Part shown: positions 51,933 through 64,000 of the stretch, in pieces
Position numbering within the stretch: the stretch's first letter is position 1
Layout of the letters: the number at the start of each line of letters is the position of its first letter
Source of the DNA: Fidelibacterota bacterium
GTDB taxonomy: Bacteria; Fidelibacterota; Marinisomatia; Marinisomatales; Marinisomataceae
Direction of reading: 5' to 3'
NCBI GenBank assembly: GCA_965212055.1
Contig: OZ243041.1
Location: 32,001-96,000, forward strand
DNA: 64,000 bases
The notes under the pieces: generated by a model
The model's input: the letters and a program-made list of their open reading frames with translations, nothing else
Told to the model about the DNA's origin: nothing
Database searches by the model: none
Made by a program: the position numbers and the translations under genes

Positions 51933-53132
51933 ATGTCTTCAATCCTTTTCTCGTCACTTATTGGTAAAATTAACCCGTCATTTACGCTCGAAATGACTGC
52001 TAAGGCAGCCGCGTTACGCGCACAAGGTGTGGATGTCATTAATTTCGGTGTAGGTGAACCAGATTTTAATACCCCTAACCATATTATAGAAGCTGGTAAA
52101 CAGGCTATGGATGATGGGTTTACAAAATATACTCCTGGTTCGGGAATGATTGATTTAAAACAAGCCCTCCAACATAAATTAAAAGAACAAAATAATCTAG
52201 AATATACGACTGAACAGATTATTGTTTCGAATGGAGCAAAACAGTGTCTATCGGTTGCATGTCAGGCTTTATTTGATAAAGGAGACAAGGTATTAGTTTT
52301 TACCCCTTACTGGGTTTCTTTTCCTGAATTTGTAAAAATTGCAGGAGCAACCCCTGTCTTTGTTAATACTATATCAGATAAACAATATGAACCAGATTTT
52401 GACGATTTAGAATCTAAAATTGATTCGAACATTAAAGGGGTTATTATTAATTCACCAAGTAATCCTACAGGAGGAGTTTGGTCTGATGAATCAATTTTAA
52501 GATTATTAGATTTAGCACATGCAAATAATTGGTTTGTTATATCGGACGAAACCTACGAACAGCTCGTATATGATCGTGATTTTACTTGTATTGAAAATTT
52601 GAATAAAAATAATGTTAATGTGTTAACAGTAATGAGCATGTCTAAAACCTATGCTATGACAGGATGGAGAATGGGCTATGCAGCGGGAGATAAAAATCTG
52701 ATTAAAGCAATGACTAAAATTCAAGGACAAACTACTTCTTGTCCAAATGCAATTAGTCAAAGAGCGTCTATTGCTGCATTGCTTGGAGATCATCGTCCAA
52801 TAGATGATATGAAAGAACAGTTTCGAAATAGAAGGACTGTAATGTTTGATGAATTAAGTGCTTTACCTAATGTTCATTGTTCAATGCCAGGAGGAGCATT
52901 TTATATGTTTCCAGACTTTTCATTTTATCTTAATAAAAAAACAAAAAATGATAAAATTTTACAAGACACTTTCGACCTTTCTGATTATATTCTCGACACT
53001 GCAAAAGTAGTGACAGTTCCTGGAGATGGTTTTGGAGCAAAAGGTCACCTAAGATTTTCTTTTGCTACAAACAATGAAGTAATTCAAAAGGGAGTTAGTG
53101 CAGTAAGAGAAGCTTTAGAGCAATTAAAATGA
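51933..53132 (+). CDS. Class I/II PLP-dependent aminotransferase (aspartate aminotransferase-like)
   Basis: GVGEPDFNTP, NGAKQ, NSPSNPTG, SDETY, MSKTYAMTGWRMGY, GAFY, LRFSFA. Confidence 0.93.
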   Translation: MSSILFSSLIGKINPSFTLEMTAKAAALRAQGVDVINFGVGEPDFNTPNHIIEAGKQAMDDGFTKYTPGSGMIDLKQALQHKLKEQNNLEYTTEQIIVSNGAKQCLSVACQALFDKGDKVLVFTPYWVSFPEFVKIAGATPVFVNTISDKQYEPDFDDLESKIDSNIKGVIINSPSNPTGGVWSDESILRLLDLAHANNWFVISDETYEQLVYDRDFTCIENLNKNNVNVLTVMSMSKTYAMTGWRMGYAAGDKNLIKAMTKIQGQTTSCPNAISQRASIAALLGDHRPIDDMKEQFRNRRTVMFDELSALPNVHCSMPGGAFYMFPDFSFYLNKKTKNDKILQDTFDLSDYILDTAKVVTVPGDGFGAKGHLRFSFATNNEVIQKGVSAVREALEQLK

Positions 53133-53383
53133 AGAAAGATATACATTCAAAAGAGTATAGATTAGTGGTTTTTGAAGATAGTTCATGTAAATATTCTTTT
53201 TTAACCAAATCTACCGTCAAAACAGATAAAACTGTTAAATGGGAAGACGGAAAAGAATACCCTCTATTTAAAATAGAGATTTCTGATCAGTCGCATCCAT
53301 ATTATACTGGTCAACGTACTTTAGTTGATACAGCTGGTCGTATTGAAAAATTCAATCGCAAGTACGGCAAAAAAACTTCCTAA
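53129..53383 (+). CDS. rpmE2: 50S ribosomal protein L31 type B
   Basis: MKKDIH..YRLVVFED, EISDQSHPYYTG, VDTAGRIEKFNRKY; no CxxC motifs. Confidence 0.95.
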   Translation: MKKDIHSKEYRLVVFEDSSCKYSFLTKSTVKTDKTVKWEDGKEYPLFKIEISDQSHPYYTGQRTLVDTAGRIEKFNRKYGKKTS

Positions 53384-53408
53384 CTATTTTTTAATAAATT
53401 TTTGATCT

Positions 53409-54464
53409 ATGGATATTCTATCTAAAGCTAAAGATGTTATTGTTGAGTATGACAATATTACTCAAGAAATGATTAACCCTGACAACATGTTAAATCAAGA
53501 AAAAATGATTCAATTATCAAAGAAAAGAAGCAATTTGGAAGAACTTTATACATTAAGTAAAGGATTTATTGCTCTTAAGAATGAGTTGGATGATTTAGAA
53601 GAGCTATCAAAAGAAGAAGAAATGGAAGAACTTGTTAAAAGCGAAAAACCACAGTTATTAGAAAAAATCACTACTTTTGAAAAAAATTTAACAAAAATAC
53701 TTATTACTAATGATCCCAATGATAATAAAAACGCAATTATTGAAATAAGAGCTGGAACCGGTGGAGACGAAGCAGGGTTATTTGCTGGAGATTTGTTTCG
53801 AATGTATTCTAAATATGCTGAAAAAAATAATATGTCAATCAAAGTAATGGATGTACACGAGACAGGTGTGGGAGGTTTGAAATCTATTATTTTTAATGTT
53901 GAAGGACAGAAAGCATATGGTCTGTATAAATATGAAGGAGGCGTTCATCGCGTTCAAAGAATTCCTAAAACCGAATCAGGAGGAAGAGTGCATACTTCTG
54001 CCGCCACTGTAGCTGTATTGCCTGAAGCAGAACAAGCGGAGGTTTCTGTTAATGATAATGATTTAAAAATTGATACATATCGTGCAAGCGGCGCAGGAGG
54101 ACAACATGTTAATAAAACTGAATCTGCTATCAGAATTACACACATTCCTACAGGCTTGGTTGTAACCTGTCAGGATGAAAGTTCTCAACATAAAAATAAA
54201 GCATCTGCATTAAAAGTTTTACGTGCAAGATTATTTTCTTTGGAACAAGAAAAACTTAATAAAGACAGAGACAAAATAAGAAAAAGCTTGGTATCCACTG
54301 GTGATCGATCAGCAAAAATACGAACATATAATTTTCCACAAGGACGCATTACAGACCATAGAATTAATTATACTTCTCATAAGTTCCAAGATACTTTAGA
54401 AGGCAATTTGGACCATATTATTGAGAAACTTAAACTAGAAGACGATAATTCTAAAATTAATTAA
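53409..54464 (+). CDS. prfA: Peptide chain release factor 1
   Basis: EIRAGTGGDEAGLFAGDL, PKT anticodon-mimic (RIPKTES), GAGGQHVN. Confidence 0.98.
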   Translation: MDILSKAKDVIVEYDNITQEMINPDNMLNQEKMIQLSKKRSNLEELYTLSKGFIALKNELDDLEELSKEEEMEELVKSEKPQLLEKITTFEKNLTKILITNDPNDNKNAIIEIRAGTGGDEAGLFAGDLFRMYSKYAEKNNMSIKVMDVHETGVGGLKSIIFNVEGQKAYGLYKYEGGVHRVQRIPKTESGGRVHTSAATVAVLPEAEQAEVSVNDNDLKIDTYRASGAGGQHVNKTESAIRITHIPTGLVVTCQDESSQHKNKASALKVLRARLFSLEQEKLNKDRDKIRKSLVSTGDRSAKIRTYNFPQGRITDHRINYTSHKFQDTLEGNLDHIIEKLKLEDDNSKIN

Positions 54465-54465
54465 G

Positions 54466-55323
54466 ATGGATTCAAATTATTTATTAAACAACTATTTAGA
54501 AAAACAATTATTTGAACTTCATAGTCTTCAAATTGATGAATACAAGAATAAATCAGAAATAATTATTCAAAATATTATAGGAATCAGTAAAGCTCAACTT
54601 TATACAAAAACTTATTCTATTTCACAGATAGAGTTTAAAAGATTAGAAAATGCATTTTCATTGCTAAAGGACAATGCTCCTGTACAACATGTCTTACAAG
54701 AATCTTATTTTTACAATGATAAATTTTTTACTCCACCTGGCGTATTTATCCCTAGACCAGAATCCGAATTAATTATTGATTGTGTTAACAATGATTTTTC
54801 TTTCTCTGAAAAAAAGACTGTTTTAGATATAGGTAGCGGTAGCGGTTGTTTATCTATTAGCCTTGGAAATCTATATAAAAATTTTTCCATCACCGGAATA
54901 GATATTTCTCATAAAGCTGTAGAAGTATCAAGGAAAAATGCAAAGACATTAAGGGCTTCTAATGTAAAATTTGTTAATAAAGATTTTTTCAACATTAGTC
55001 TTAATCTTTTTGACATCATTATTAGCAATCCTCCTTATATCGCTATTTCTGAAATTAATAATTTAGATGATTCAGTTAGTAAGCATGATCCTCTTATTGC
55101 TTTATCCGATCAATTTGATGGTTTATCTTTCTATAAATATTTTATTGACAACATTGACTATATGTTAAAAAAAGACGGAACAATGTATTTGGAAATTCCG
55201 AATTCAAATATTACAGATAAAATTATAGACATAGTTAACAAAAAATCCAATATTGCTAACGAAATTTTTAAAGATTTTGAAGGTAATAATAGAGTAATTA
55301 AAATATATTTTAATACTAAATGA
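54466..55323 (+). CDS. prmC: Release factor glutamine methyltransferase
   Basis: FIPRPESE, LDIGSGSGC, ISNPPYI; follows prfA. Confidence 0.94.
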   Translation: MDSNYLLNNYLEKQLFELHSLQIDEYKNKSEIIIQNIIGISKAQLYTKTYSISQIEFKRLENAFSLLKDNAPVQHVLQESYFYNDKFFTPPGVFIPRPESELIIDCVNNDFSFSEKKTVLDIGSGSGCLSISLGNLYKNFSITGIDISHKAVEVSRKNAKTLRASNVKFVNKDFFNISLNLFDIIISNPPYIAISEINNLDDSVSKHDPLIALSDQFDGLSFYKYFIDNIDYMLKKDGTMYLEIPNSNITDKIIDIVNKKSNIANEIFKDFEGNNRVIKIYFNTK

Positions 55324-58300
55324 AGAGCGAATTTATACATTTACATAACCATTCAGACAATAGTCTGTTAGATGGAGCACAAACCATCAATACTATTATT
55401 AATACAATGGATGATTTGAGCATGGATTCTGTAGCTCTAACAGAACATGGTAATTTATTTGGGGCTATTTCTTTTTATAATCAAGCAAAAAGTAGCGGCG
55501 TTAAACCGATTATTGGTTGTGAAGTATATGTTGCAAAAGGAAGTCGTTTTGATAAAGAAAAAGGTGCAATCGGAGGTCATTATAATCATTTAATTTTACT
55601 TGCACAAAATTTTGAAGGGTATAAAAACTTGATGAAAATTGTTACCCATGGTTATCTTGAAGGATTTTATTATAAGCCAAGAGTTGATCTTGAAGTTTTA
55701 AAAGAACACAATGAAGGACTAATTTGTTTATCAGCTTGTCTTAAAGGAAGTTTAGCAGAAACACTTGTTTATAGCGGATATGAAAGCGGTAAGGCAATTG
55801 CAGAAGAATACTCAAAAATTTTTCCTAATAGATATTATATTGAATTACAAAATCATGGTATTCCAGAAGAAATTCAAAATATCAAATTAGCATCAAAATT
55901 AGCAAAAGAAATGAATTTGCCATTAATAGCTACCAATGATGCACATTATGCGCTACAAGACCATCATACTGCCCACGATGTTCATATCTGTATTGGGACT
56001 GGCAAGCAATTAACTGATACAAAAAGATTAAAATATTTTGGAAAAGAATTTTATTTTAAATCACAAGATGAAATGTTCTCTCTTTTTAAAGAATTTCCAG
56101 AAGCATTAGAGAATACAAGAGCTATAACTGATTCTATTGATTTAGAAATTCCAATGGGTGATTATCATTTGCCTTGGTATCAAATCCCTGAAAATTCAGA
56201 AATAAAAGATATTAATGATTATCTAAAAAATATTTGTGAAAAAGGAATGGAAAAAAAATTTTCTGAGCCGACAAAAGAATTAACCGAAAGATTAAACTAT
56301 GAACTATCTGTTATTAAAAAGATGGGATTTGCTAGTTACTTCTTAATTACTGCAGACTTTGTGCACTATGCCAAAAAAAATAATATTCCTGTAGGCCCAG
56401 GAAGAGGTTCTGCAGCTGGGAGCTTAGCATCATATTGTCTAGATATCACTGATATCAACCCTTTAAAACATAATCTTCTTTTTGAAAGATTTTTAAATCC
56501 TGATAGAATTAGTTTACCAGATATTGATATTGATTTTTGTATCGAAAGACGCAATCAAGTAATTGATTACATAAAAAGTATTTATGGTGAAAAATCTGTT
56601 ACTCAAATTATTACTTTTGGGAAAATGAATGCCCGTGGAGTTATAAGAGACGTAGGGCGTGTTATGGGATATTCTTATTCAGATGTAGATAAAATTGCAA
56701 AATTAATTCCTGAAGGCCCAAAAATGACTCTAGATAAAGCTTTAAAACAAAGTTCAGAATTGAGAACTCATTCACAAAATCAATATCAAGATTTAATTGA
56801 AAATGCAAAAACTTTAGAGGGAATGAATCGCCATGCATCTATTCATGCAGCAGGCGTAGTGGTTGCCCCAGGAAAGTTAACTGATTTTGTACCATTATAT
56901 AAATCTACTAATGATGATATTACAACACAGTATGATATGAATGAGCTAGAGAAATTAGGTCTCTTAAAAATGGACTTTCTTGGATTACGAAATTTAACTG
57001 TTATTGATAAAACTATTGATCTTGTTAATAAACGCTTAGGTAAAAAAATTGATATAAAGAATATTCCTTTAGATGATCCTAAAGTATATGAATTGTTTTC
57101 TAAAGGATTAACCGTTGGAGTATTCCAATTTGAATCATCAGGTATGAGAGAATATCTAAAGAAATTAGAGCCAAACGCTATTGAAGATTTAATTGCAATG
57201 ACTGCATTATATAGGCCTGGTCCAATGAAAAATATTAATCATTATATTGATCGAGCACATGGAAAAGAAAAAGTAGAATCTATACACCCCCTACTTAATG
57301 AAGTTTTAAAAGAAACACATGGTATTATAGTTTACCAAGAACAGGTAATGGAAATTGCAGCTCGCATTGCTGGCTTTACTCTAGCCGAAGCGGATGAAAT
57401 GAGAAAAGCTGTTGGTAAAAAAATTAGTTCTCTTATGAAAGAATTATCAGAAAAATTTATTAACGGAGCAATTAAAAATGGTATTTCAAAAACACAAGCT
57501 GTTCAGATTTTCGATTTAATTGACAAATTTGCTCAATATGGATTTAATAAAAGTCATGCTACAGCCTATTCTTATATTTCATATCAGACTGCTTGGTTAA
57601 AAACGCATTATCCAGCTGATTTTATGTCTGCAAATTTAACAAGCGAAATGACTAACACAGACAGAGTGGTGGTTTTGATTAATGAATGTAGGAAGCTAAA
57701 TATTAAAGTCAGTGCTCCCAATATTAATGAATCAGGAATTAATTTTGTACCAATTAATGACAGTGAAATTTCATATGGATTAAACGCTATAAAAAATGTT
57801 GGTATAAAAGCATTAGAACAATCTATTGAAACAAGGGAAAAATTAGGAAATTTTTCTTCATTTTTTGATTTTGTTTCTAAAGTAGATCAACGTTTGGTGA
57901 ATAAAAAAGTTGTTGAAAGTTTAATTATAGGCGGTGCCTTTGATTCAATACACGAAAATAGAGCTCAATTATTTAATGCAGTTGATATTGCAATTAAATA
58001 TGGTCAACAAGTACATAAAACGACCAATAAAAACCAAATTAACTTATTTGCAAATGACGAAAGCTTTCTTAAAGAACCAGACCTACCAGATATTCAAGAA
58101 TGGGATAATCAAGAAAAATTAAGTAAAGAAAAAGAAGTTTTAGGTTTATATATATCAGGAAATCCTTTATTAAAGTATGCTGATATATTAGAAGAATTAA
58201 GTAACTATGATTTTATAGAAAAAAATTATCTCAAAGAAGATACGTTGATTAAACTAGGTGGAGCAATTTCAAGTTTTAAACTTCATTATGATAAAAAGAA

Positions 58301-58742
58301 CAGACCGATGGCATTTTTTAATCTAGATTGTTTGGGCGGTCAAGTAGAAGCCATTATTTTTCATGAAGCATTTGATAAGTATAAAGAAATTATTAATGAT
58401 GGTAATATTGTATTTCTTGTTGGTAGTTCTACAGTACAAAATCAATTTGCAGATTTAAAAATTAAAGTTGACGAAGTTGTGCCTATCAATCACGCAAAAC
58501 AAGTTCTTAAAACAAAAGAAATTAATATAAAAATTGGTAAAAATATTTCAAAAGAAATACTTAGTGAAATTCATGCTTTAACGCTTCAAAATTCTGGTGA
58601 ATGTTCATTTATAGTTCATATGGCCAATGAAGACGGTTCTTCAAGAAGAATTGTTTCTAAAAAAGTCAAAGTTTCTGTTAATAATCATTTTATCACTATG
58701 TTAAAAGATTTAATAGGAGAGTCTAACGTTTGGGTTAGTTAA
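55320..58742 (+). CDS. dnaE: DNA polymerase III subunit alpha
   Basis: PHP domain HLHNHSDNSLLDG, GPGRGSAAGS, FERFLNPDR, PDIDIDF, KMDFLGL, YGFNKSH. Confidence 0.99.
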   Translation: MKSEFIHLHNHSDNSLLDGAQTINTIINTMDDLSMDSVALTEHGNLFGAISFYNQAKSSGVKPIIGCEVYVAKGSRFDKEKGAIGGHYNHLILLAQNFEGYKNLMKIVTHGYLEGFYYKPRVDLEVLKEHNEGLICLSACLKGSLAETLVYSGYESGKAIAEEYSKIFPNRYYIELQNHGIPEEIQNIKLASKLAKEMNLPLIATNDAHYALQDHHTAHDVHICIGTGKQLTDTKRLKYFGKEFYFKSQDEMFSLFKEFPEALENTRAITDSIDLEIPMGDYHLPWYQIPENSEIKDINDYLKNICEKGMEKKFSEPTKELTERLNYELSVIKKMGFASYFLITADFVHYAKKNNIPVGPGRGSAAGSLASYCLDITDINPLKHNLLFERFLNPDRISLPDIDIDFCIERRNQVIDYIKSIYGEKSVTQIITFGKMNARGVIRDVGRVMGYSYSDVDKIAKLIPEGPKMTLDKALKQSSELRTHSQNQYQDLIENAKTLEGMNRHASIHAAGVVVAPGKLTDFVPLYKSTNDDITTQYDMNELEKLGLLKMDFLGLRNLTVIDKTIDLVNKRLGKKIDIKNIPLDDPKVYELFSKGLTVGVFQFESSGMREYLKKLEPNAIEDLIAMTALYRPGPMKNINHYIDRAHGKEKVESIHPLLNEVLKETHGIIVYQEQVMEIAARIAGFTLAEADEMRKAVGKKISSLMKELSEKFINGAIKNGISKTQAVQIFDLIDKFAQYGFNKSHATAYSYISYQTAWLKTHYPADFMSANLTSEMTNTDRVVVLINECRKLNIKVSAPNINESGINFVPINDSEISYGLNAIKNVGIKALEQSIETREKLGNFSSFFDFVSKVDQRLVNKKVVESLIIGGAFDSIHENRAQLFNAVDIAIKYGQQVHKTTNKNQINLFANDESFLKEPDLPDIQEWDNQEKLSKEKEVLGLYISGNPLLKYADILEELSNYDFIEKNYLKEDTLIKLGGAISSFKLHYDKKNRPMAFFNLDCLGGQVEAIIFHEAFDKYKEIINDGNIVFLVGSSTVQNQFADLKIKVDEVVPINHAKQVLKTKEINIKIGKNISKEILSEIHALTLQNSGECSFIVHMANEDGSSRRIVSKKVKVSVNNHFITMLKDLIGESNVWVS

Positions 58743-58754
58743 ATTGTTAAAATT

Positions 58755-59165
58755 ATGGCACTAAAACCACCAATAAGGATATTAATGGCCAAACCAGGTT
58801 TAGATGGTCACGACAGGGGAATTAAAGTTCTTGCAGCAGCATATCGTGATGCGGGAATGGATGTAATATATTTAGGTTTACGACAAACACCAAATAGCAT
58901 TGTTAAGGTTGCAATACAAGAAGGAGTCGATGTGATTGCTCTTTCAATACTTTCTGGTGCACATATGACAATTTTTACTAAAGTTATTGAGCTAATGAAA
59001 GAAAATAATTTAGAAAATATACTTGTTACAGGAGGAGGAATTATACCTGATAATGATGCCAAGAAACTATCAAAAATAGGCGTTGGGAAATTATTCGGAC
59101 CAGGAACTCCTGTAAAAAAATCTTTAGAGTATATTGAAAAATGGGTACAAAACAATAGAAGATGA
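58755..59165 (+). CDS. Cobalamin-binding domain protein (methylmalonyl-CoA mutase small/C-terminal subunit)
   Basis: AKPGLDGHDRG (DxHxxG), GLRQTP, SILSGAH, GGGIIP, FGPGT. Confidence 0.92.
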   Translation: MALKPPIRILMAKPGLDGHDRGIKVLAAAYRDAGMDVIYLGLRQTPNSIVKVAIQEGVDVIALSILSGAHMTIFTKVIELMKENNLENILVTGGGIIPDNDAKKLSKIGVGKLFGPGTPVKKSLEYIEKWVQNNRR

Positions 59166-59605
59166 TTAACAATATTCACAAAACATATCTCAAAGGAGAA
59201 AAAGCATTTGAGAAAGGAGAATTTGTAACTGCAAAAAAACATTTATTGTCAGTTGTGGATCATGATAGCAATTATTATGCTGCTTATTTATTGCTTTTTG
59301 AAATTGCAGATAAAAATAATCCATCTTTTAAGAAGATTGTCTTTGAAGAATTAAAACGATTAAATCCATCACTCAATATTGAGTATAAAGCTCCAAAAAG
59401 TAATCGCAAAAAAATAACAAGAAACAAAAAACAAAATAACCCTATTCTTACAATCCCTTATATCAAATTATTGGTTCAACAAGGAAAGATTTTACAAGCG
59501 AAAAAAAGCCTAAAAATAATTTTAGATACTACAAAAAATAAAAAACAAATTAATGAAGCAAAAAAATTTTTAAATGGTTTAGACAAAGGTAAAAATACAA
59601 AATGA
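59162..59605 (+). CDS. Hypothetical TPR-like protein
   Basis: Overlapping start/stop on both sides; TPR-like N-terminal helices; C-terminal TIPYIKLLVQQG..AKK helix pair. Confidence 0.65.
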   Translation: MINNIHKTYLKGEKAFEKGEFVTAKKHLLSVVDHDSNYYAAYLLLFEIADKNNPSFKKIVFEELKRLNPSLNIEYKAPKSNRKKITRNKKQNNPILTIPYIKLLVQQGKILQAKKSLKIILDTTKNKKQINEAKKFLNGLDKGKNTK

Positions 59606-60690
59606 GCGATCAATATTTCATTAATAGACAAAACAAGCTTAGAGAATTATTGGCTAAAAATCATTTAGATGGAATGCTCGTTACTAATCTTATTCATATA
59701 AGATATTTATGTGGTTTTACCGGGTCTGCTGGCTCTTTAGTTTTAACCGCTAATAGTTGTGATTTCATCACTGATGGGCGTTATACTTTTCAATCAAAAA
59801 ATGAAGTAAAAGGAGCTAAAACAACTATTAGTAGCGATCTTCACCTCAATGTAATCAAAAAAAATAATTTATTAGTTTCTGGTGCAAAGATTGGTTGTGA
59901 TTCTAAAAATATATCCCATCAAACTTATCTTGAATTGCAAAAAACCTTGTCAAATATTATTTGGAATAATATTTCAGGATATATTGAATCTTTGGCAATG
60001 GTTAAAGACGATAAAGAAATTCAAGCGATAAAAACAGCTGTAGAAATTACTGATAAAGCATTCGCAGAAGTTTTCCCAATGATTCAGATTGGTGTTCAAG
60101 AAAAATATATAGCAAATAAATTATCTTTTCTTTATAGACAGTATGGCGATGCAGATGCAGATGCATTTTCACCAATAGTTGGAAGCGGCCCACATTCTGC
60201 AATGCCCCATCAGAGACCAACTGAAAAAGAAATTGGTCCAGGAGAACTCGTTGTTATTGATTCTGGTGCAAAATATGCTGGTTATCATGCAGATATGACT
60301 CGTACAGTTGCAACCGAAGGCTATTCTGAACAACAAAAAGATATTTATAATATTGTTTTAGAAGCACAATTAAAAAGTATTGAAGGTATCAAACCTGGTG
60401 CATCTTGTAAAGAAATTGATTCTATTGCCCGTACACATATCACAGATGCTGGGTATGGTAAATATTTTGATCATGGACTTGGACACTCACTTGGTTTAGA
60501 AATTCATGAAGATCCAAGATTTAGTAAAATAAGTAAAGATACTTTAAAATCAAATTATGTTATGACTGTAGAGCCGGGTATTTATCTTGAGGATATTGGA
60601 GGGGTTCGTATCGAAGATGATGTTGTTGTAACAGACAATGGATATGAAGTCCTTAATAAAACCTCAAAAGATTTCACAGTAATTTCATAA
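59602..60690 (+). CDS. Xaa-Pro aminopeptidase / dipeptidase (M24B)
   Basis: RYLCGFTGS, TDGRY, IDSGA..GYHADMTRT, HGLGHSLGLEIHE, TVEPGIY, GVRIEDD. Confidence 0.95.
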   Translation: MSDQYFINRQNKLRELLAKNHLDGMLVTNLIHIRYLCGFTGSAGSLVLTANSCDFITDGRYTFQSKNEVKGAKTTISSDLHLNVIKKNNLLVSGAKIGCDSKNISHQTYLELQKTLSNIIWNNISGYIESLAMVKDDKEIQAIKTAVEITDKAFAEVFPMIQIGVQEKYIANKLSFLYRQYGDADADAFSPIVGSGPHSAMPHQRPTEKEIGPGELVVIDSGAKYAGYHADMTRTVATEGYSEQQKDIYNIVLEAQLKSIEGIKPGASCKEIDSIARTHITDAGYGKYFDHGLGHSLGLEIHEDPRFSKISKDTLKSNYVMTVEPGIYLEDIGGVRIEDDVVVTDNGYEVLNKTSKDFTVIS

Positions 60691-60692
60691 AA

Positions 60693-63648
<2,956 letters not shown>

Positions 63649-63649
<1 letters not shown>

Positions 63650-64000
63650 TGTTTAGATATCTTATATTTTTTTTGTTAACTATTGTTTTTGCACAAGATA
63701 CTCTTGTTATTGAATCTTCGATTGTAGCAAAAGGATTAAACAAGCCCCTACTTGTCCGTTTTCACCCCGAAACCAATACAATGTATGTGGTTCAACAAAC
63801 AGGTGAAATTGTTATTGTTAATAATGAGACACCCTCTGAAAATTTATTTTTAGATATTAGTGATAAAATAGCTTTATCTATAATGCCAGGAGATGAAAGA
63901 GGTTTCTTAGGCATGGTGTTTGATCCAAACTATGTTAAAAATGGATATTTCTACATTTGTTATGTTGACAAGGAGAATCACTCTGTTGTTTCGAGAATGC
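63649..64000 (+). CDS. PQQ-dependent glucose/sorbosone dehydrogenase family protein (3' truncated by window)
   Basis: ATG overlaps the ligA stop; my translation MFRYLIFFLL...AKGLNKP...MYVVQQTGEI...FLDISD...DERGFLGMVFDPNY..NGYFYICY. Confidence 0.85.

Overview
Gene-dense, AT-rich bacterial chromosomal window with about 52 CDS and very short intergenic spaces. I saw no tRNA, rRNA, CRISPR array, transposase or phage genes. Several protein types point to a streamlined FCB-superphylum organism, plausibly marine Marinimicrobia (inference only): Rho with an AQPKTGKT P-loop, eukaryote/archaea-type ProRS, type-B L31, and PorV plus a T9SS-like CTD protein. Contents in order: (1) gyrB end, gyrA, yggS and a hydrolase run; (2) a 13.4-kb minus-strand de novo purine operon purA-L-M-Q-C-E-B-F-D-N-H, with a class II PurE, no purK, and a PurQ carrying two fused PurS-like domains; (3) a hydrolase/permease/GH109/SSS/GHMP-kinase block; (4) a three-gene outer-membrane module with highly biased codon usage, TonB-dependent receptor + 1084-aa T9SS-CTD protein + PorV-family barrel, with no SusD; (5) housekeeping genes (mgtE, proS, recO, ftsB, eno, amidase, folC, rho, aspC-type, rpmE2, prfA, prmC, dnaE, pepP, ligA), interrupted by two tandem paralogous ~70-aa hydrophobic microproteins with strong SD sites and flanking hairpins. 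The best candidates for poorly described systems are the TBDR-CTD-PorV triad and the microprotein pair. All calls come from motif recognition by eye; no searches were run.
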